DNA of 64,000 bases from Nitrospirota bacterium (GTDB taxonomy: Bacteria; Nitrospirota; Thermodesulfovibrionia; Thermodesulfovibrionales; JdFR-86). A model generated the notes under the pieces. It searched no databases. It worked only from the letters and a program-made list of their open reading frames with translations, and had not been told where the DNA came from. The stretch is from contig CAVRJY010000002.1 in assembly GCA_963721805.1 (NCBI GenBank), positions 224,001 through 288,000 on the forward strand. The letters run 5' to 3'. This document shows, one piece after another, positions 59,612-64,000 of the stretch. Positions within the stretch are counted from its first letter, which is position 1, and each line of letters begins with the position of its first letter. The translations under genes were made by a program, and so were the position numbers.

Positions 59612-61963
59612 GTGAAACTATCGCTGGGGACGCGGACGCAGATTATCGTCGCCTGCACGCTGGCGGTCGTCTTCGGCGCGGCCCTCTACATATCGGTCCG
59701 GGCGCTGCACTCCAACTTCAGGGAATACGAGACCCACGAGGCCTCGGACGAACTCGCCCGCGCCCAGGAGCAGATCAACGAACACATCCGCCAGCTCGAG
59801 GCCCACGCCAAGGACTATGGCGCGTGGGACGATACCGTGCGCTTCATCGAGGGCGAGTACCCCAAATACCCATCGGTAGATATAGATACAAGCGTTTACG
59901 GCAACCTCGATATCGATCTCGTCGTGATCACGGACCTCCACGGCAAGGTGCTCTACCAGGCCATGCGCATGCGTGACTACCCAGGGACGCGCATACGCAA
60001 CGGCATCGCGCGCAAGGACGAACTCGGCGATATCCCGGAGGCGTTACTGCGCAAGATCAGCTCTCTGGCGCCCATAAGCGAGCGCCGCTCCGGGCTGCTG
60101 GAATTCGGCGGCGCGCCGGTGGCGGTTGCGGGCTATAACGTCACGCATTCAAACGGCGAGGGGCAGTTCGGCACGATCTTCATGGGCAAGGTGCTCGACG
60201 CAACGGTCATGGAGAAGTACTCGAGGCTCGCGCAGACCGGCGTGGCCCTGAGCCCGGCCTCGCCGGCGCAGCGGATGGCAGGCGAGAAGATCGAGATAGG
60301 GGCCCACAGCTGGACCGCCCGGAAGCTCATCGCCGGACATGCCTGGCAGGGCTTGTTCCTGCTGACCACGACCGGCGAGAGGGACATGCTCCCTCAGCTG
60401 AGGACCAGCGAGCTGGTGCTCGGGCTCAACCTCGTATTGCTCTCGGTCGTCTGCGTGGTGCTGGTCAGCGCGGTCCTCTACCGGCTTGTGCTCAGGAGGA
60501 TCCGGAATTTTGCGATGCAGGCCGATCTCCTGAGCAAGGGTGACGACGAGACCCTCCGCATGCCTGTAAGCCGCAACAATGACGAGCTGGACTACCTGGC
60601 CGGGGCGCTAAACGGGCTCGTCGACGCGCTACAGAGCACGCAGCAGAGGATCATAAAAGACGCAGAGAGCGACTGCCTCACGGGGCTCGGCAACAGGAGC
60701 TTCCTGATGAACCGCCTTTCGCTCGCGTGCGCCCTGCGCGAGCGCGACCCGAACTACCGCTTCGCCCTGTACATGATCGACCTCGACGGGTTTAAGAACA
60801 TCAACGATTCCTTCGGCCACAACACCGGCGACCAGGTGCTGCGAATCATAGCCGGCCGCATCCTGAGCCACACGCGGCAGTCCGACACCGCGGTGCGCCT
60901 CGGCGGGGACGAATTCGTCATCCTGCAGATGAACACCGGCAGCGCGCAGGACAGCGACGCCTTTGCCCGGAGGATCATAAGCGGGATCGCGGAGCCGTTT
61001 CAGTGCGACGGGCAGATACTGGACATAACAGCGAGCATGGGGATCAGCATGAGCATAGACCTTACGGACAAGCGCGCCCCGCAGGATTTCCTGCGCGACG
61101 CGGACATCGCGATGTATGCGGCGAAGAAAGAGGGCAAGAACCGCCACAGCTTCTTCTGCACCGAGATGGGCAGCATGGTCAGCGAACGCCTCGCGCTCGT
61201 GCACGACATGAAGGCCGCTATCGGGCGCGGCGAACTCGAGGTCTGGTATCAGCCGATCGTATCGCTGGCGGAGGGCAAGGTAGTGGAGCTCGAGGCCCTC
61301 GCGCGGTGGAGGCATCCGTCGCGCGGGCTCATAACGCCCGACTTTTTCATCCCGATAGCGGAGGAAAGCAACATGATCGTCGCGCTCGACCGCTGGGTGC
61401 TCGACGAGGCGCTCGGGGGGCTTTCAAGGATGAGGGCGATAGAGCCGAACCTCTCGGTGAGCGTCAACGTCTCGATCCGCAATTTCCTGCAGCCCGACCT
61501 CACGGATGTGATAACCGCGGCTCTTAAGGACAAGGGCCTCCCCCCGCAGGCGCTGAGCGTGGAGCTGACCGAGACCGACATAGCCCGCAACGAGGCGACC
61601 CTGGTGGGCGAGATCAGGCAGCTGACCGATCTGGGCGTGCGCTGCCTGATGGACGATTTCGGCAGCGGGTACTCCTCCCTCGGGCGGCTCGACCTGCTGC
61701 CGGTGCATACGCTCAAGATGGACCGCGCGTTCATAAGGCGCATCAACGAGGGCGACCGGCGCATAGTCGAGGCGGTCATCAACATGGCCCACGCGCTGGA
61801 GAAGAAGGTCGTGGCCGAGGGGATCGAGACCGAGCTTCAGGTCGAAGTGCTGCAATCGCTCGGTTGCGACCTGTTTCAGGGGTATCTCTTCGCCCGTCCC
61901 ATGCCTGAGCCTGAACTTACGCAGCTGTTGAAAGAAGGAATACTGGCGCTTAATCGCCCCTGA
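59612..61963 (+). CDS. CHASE4-HAMP-GGDEF-EAL signalling protein
   Basis: DYGAWDDT (CHASE4), DELDYL (HAMP), intact GGDEF, EAL, DDFGSGYSS. Confidence 0.92.
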   Translation: MKLSLGTRTQIIVACTLAVVFGAALYISVRALHSNFREYETHEASDELARAQEQINEHIRQLEAHAKDYGAWDDTVRFIEGEYPKYPSVDIDTSVYGNLDIDLVVITDLHGKVLYQAMRMRDYPGTRIRNGIARKDELGDIPEALLRKISSLAPISERRSGLLEFGGAPVAVAGYNVTHSNGEGQFGTIFMGKVLDATVMEKYSRLAQTGVALSPASPAQRMAGEKIEIGAHSWTARKLIAGHAWQGLFLLTTTGERDMLPQLRTSELVLGLNLVLLSVVCVVLVSAVLYRLVLRRIRNFAMQADLLSKGDDETLRMPVSRNNDELDYLAGALNGLVDALQSTQQRIIKDAESDCLTGLGNRSFLMNRLSLACALRERDPNYRFALYMIDLDGFKNINDSFGHNTGDQVLRIIAGRILSHTRQSDTAVRLGGDEFVILQMNTGSAQDSDAFARRIISGIAEPFQCDGQILDITASMGISMSIDLTDKRAPQDFLRDADIAMYAAKKEGKNRHSFFCTEMGSMVSERLALVHDMKAAIGRGELEVWYQPIVSLAEGKVVELEALARWRHPSRGLITPDFFIPIAEESNMIVALDRWVLDEALGGLSRMRAIEPNLSVSVNVSIRNFLQPDLTDVITAALKDKGLPPQALSVELTETDIARNEATLVGEIRQLTDLGVRCLMDDFGSGYSSLGRLDLLPVHTLKMDRAFIRRINEGDRRIVEAVINMAHALEKKVVAEGIETELQVEVLQSLGCDLFQGYLFARPMPEPELTQLLKEGILALNRP

Positions 61964-62033
61964 GACGCACGCTCCTTGGATGCGCGAAATCGCTTGAGCC
62001 CGCCAAAAGGCCTCAAAGATCCGCCCTCGAACC

Positions 62034-62222
62034 TTAAGTCACGTCATCCGCGCTGTTTAAGAGGGCCTCGGCGCTATCGAAGGCAATGCGCTTTTCCTTG
62101 TCCGAGGCGAGTATCCGGGCTCTCTCGCTGTGGTGTTTGAGGAAGTTGGCGAAATCGACGACCTCGGCCTGCTGCTCCTCGGAGAGGGTATCGATTAGCT
62201 CCATGATTTTCGCCCTGTCCAT
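62034..62222 (-). CDS. Small DUF2281-like protein
   Basis: IDTLSEEQQAEVVDFANFL. Extended -10 TGaTATAAT 6 nt upstream. Confidence 0.7.
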   Translation of the reverse strand: MDRAKIMELIDTLSEEQQAEVVDFANFLKHHSERARILASDKEKRIAFDSAEALLNSADDVT

Positions 62223-62317
62223 TCCTAGATTATATCATCTGCCAAAGTGCCCGTGGAGCACCCGCAGGAGATTATTAACTGCTGTTTAACCTTATGAAGC
62301 ATAAAACCCCGGAACGC

Positions 62318-62364
62318 GTCAATGGGAACTGGTTCCCAGGAACTGGTTCCCATTGACTGGTTCC
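62318..62364. repeat. Nested palindrome / direct repeat next to the IS insertion site
   Basis: GGAACTGGTTCCCA x2 inside the inverted repeat GTCAATGGGAAC...GTTCCCATTGAC, plus a third ACTGGTTCC. Confidence 0.7.
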
Positions 62365-62367
62365 GCC

Positions 62368-63567
62368 TGTAAAAGTCCAGTGCTCTCCGGACAGTTTTCC
62401 ATCTCATCGGTCGCACTGATCAGGCGGCCTCCTCCTCAGCTTTCTGTCTTAGCTTTTTGCCCAGCTCGATAGTTTCTATTGGCCGTCTGCCCATGTTGCG
62501 ATAGCCCTTGTGAGGGCGCTCGTTGTTGTAGTGGTGCAGCCACCGGTCGAGGTCATACTGCAGCTCATCGAGCGATGCGTAGAACCGGTACCTGAACGTC
62601 TCCGAGAAGAACTCGTCCAGGATGGTGCGATTAAACCGCTCCACGAATCCGTTTGTCCTCGGTGTCGCCACCTTCGTCCTTCGATGCGCGATGTCGTGAA
62701 GCGCCAGAAACAGCTCGTACGGATGCCGCAGCAGCTTGCCGCAGTACTCCGAGCCGTTGTCCGTCAGGACATGCTGGACCCTGATGCCATGGTCCTCGTA
62801 AAACGGCAGCACGCGGTCGTAGAGCACGTCGGCCGCCGTCTCGGGCCTCTTCGACGTGTACAGCTTGCCGAAGGCATAAGAGCCGTACGTGTCCACCACG
62901 GCCTGCAGATACACGGTCCCGATGCCCTTGAGCTTGCCCACCGTGAAGGTGTCCTGGCTGAGCAGATAGCCCGGATATGCGCTCTCCACATGCCTTTCCC
63001 TGAAGCACGGATTGGCCCGCTCGATGAGCTTGACCTGCTCCTCCGTTAGCTCGATCTCCTTGCCGTTAGCCTCCTGCTCAAGCCGGAGGATGCGCTTGGC
63101 CTTCGACTCCAGCCCCTCGCGAACCTGGATGCGATACACAGTTGAGGGACGCACCAATATGCCCTCCAGAAGCAGGTGCTCGAAGATGCGCTGCTTCCCC
63201 CACCGGGGGTGAGCAAGGCTCATCTCGATCACTCGCTTGCGGGCCTCCTCAGGCGTCTTGTGGGGACAGCTACGCGCTATCGGCGGAAGGTCCGCGAGCC
63301 CCGCAAACCCCTGCTCCTGAAACGCCCGCTTGTACTCGTAAAACTGGCTGCGGCTCACCCCCCGGCGGCGACAGGCCTCCGACACGTTCCTGAGCCTCTC
63401 GGCCAGCTGAAGCATTGAAAGCCTCCCTTGTGATATCTTTTCTTTGGCAGTCATGCCCTTCCTCCTTCGGTCTGTGTTTTGTGGTGAAACATTCTAACCG
63501 ATGGAAGGGCTGGCTGCCGCCTGCTTTTTCCAGCCTGATACTGTCCGGTAAGAGCGTAACCTTTACA
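62368..63567 (-). mobile_element. IS481-family insertion sequence, 1200 bp
   Basis: TGT...ACA ends, 28-bp imperfect IRs (TGTAAA...CCGGACAGT, 20/28), 7-bp direct repeat TTCCGCC on both flanks. Confidence 0.92.
62420..63454 (-). CDS. IS481-family DDE transposase
   Basis: N-terminal HTH (NVSEACRRRGVSRSQFY), QDTF, TDNGSEY, TNGFVERFNRT, YNNERPH. Confidence 0.93.
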   Translation of the reverse strand: MTAKEKISQGRLSMLQLAERLRNVSEACRRRGVSRSQFYEYKRAFQEQGFAGLADLPPIARSCPHKTPEEARKRVIEMSLAHPRWGKQRIFEHLLLEGILVRPSTVYRIQVREGLESKAKRILRLEQEANGKEIELTEEQVKLIERANPCFRERHVESAYPGYLLSQDTFTVGKLKGIGTVYLQAVVDTYGSYAFGKLYTSKRPETAADVLYDRVLPFYEDHGIRVQHVLTDNGSEYCGKLLRHPYELFLALHDIAHRRTKVATPRTNGFVERFNRTILDEFFSETFRYRFYASLDELQYDLDRWLHHYNNERPHKGYRNMGRRPIETIELGKKLRQKAEEEAA

Positions 63568-63605
63568 TTCCGCCCTGCCGTTCTATCATCGCGCATGTTA
63601 TATAT

Positions 63606-63783
63606 GGCAAACTCTAAAAATAGCTTTCTGCTGCGAGGGGCTCTGATCGCGGCATACTGTGTCATCGGGACGAAAAAGGTACTCAACGTAGCGCTGCTAC
63701 GCCTCCGTTCCTTTTTCGCCCGCTTCCTTGTCTGCCACGATCTCGCTCCCTCTCGCTTACGAAACCTATTTTTAGAGGTTGCC
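63606..63783. repeat. Long hairpin element related to repeat family A, copy 3
   Basis: Terminal arms GGCAAACTCTAAAAATAG / CTATTTTTAGAGGTTGCC, apical CGTAG-cgctg-CTACG, conserved ATAC..TGTC and TCCTTGTCTG. Confidence 0.7.
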
Positions 63784-64000
63784 TTCTGCCATCGGAACTC
63801 GGTGGGTCACGCGGAAAACGTTTCTGAACGCATGAACACGGAGGCCGAAGAAAATGCAAGTTTTCCGTAGGGTTGGACTGTCTTTTCTCCGTTCATTTGA
63901 ACGCTCTAAAAAAAAATACGCAGGTGCGGGCGCGGTAACAATGTATATAACTAAGCCGTTGACCGCTCGCACGATTATGCAGGGGAAACTTAAAGCGCGA

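Noticed and set aside
62318..62364. CRISPR array
   Set aside because: The units are 14 bp or shorter and directly adjacent, with no spacers and no cas genes.
63772..63972. 66-aa ORF at the window end
   Set aside because: No SD or motif, atypical codon usage, and it overlaps a hairpin repeat. Likely intergenic.

Overview
A high-GC bacterial chromosomal window. Gene content suggests an anaerobic diderm of the Nitrospirota/Desulfobacterota type (inference only). Housekeeping loci: thiS-thiG-thiE-thiC, aroCKB, trpBA-accD, rplI-dnaB (one-base frameshift), ilvD, a heme cluster (radical SAM-hemE-hemH-hemY), hflX, a cold-shock gene, tRNA-Val, an Rrf2-tusA-iscS-iscU locus and speD. Accessory loci: two chemoreceptors, a Cus-type RND pump, a GNAT/ADP-forming acyl-CoA synthetase fusion, glycogen genes, a decaheme cytochrome-porin pair, a P3A H+-ATPase, several c-di-GMP/HDOD signalling genes and an intact IS481-family element with a 7-bp target duplication. 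Strongest leads: (1) an IscS homolog that has lost the PLP Schiff-base Lys and substrate-binding residues but keeps the Cys loop, encoded between tusA and iscU under an IscR-type box; (2) a sigma54-driven PhcB-like methyltransferase with a membrane sensor kinase and an HD-GYP regulator, a candidate quorum-sensing module; (3) two dispersed structured repeat families with compensatory base changes; (4) a divergent TPP-like riboswitch; (5) an Ile/Leu/Val leader-peptide attenuator; (6) an unannotated 53-aa Cys-rich protein paired with an ArsR regulator; (7) a probable ATA start for hflX and many apparently leaderless genes. All calls come from reading motifs by eye; no searches were run.
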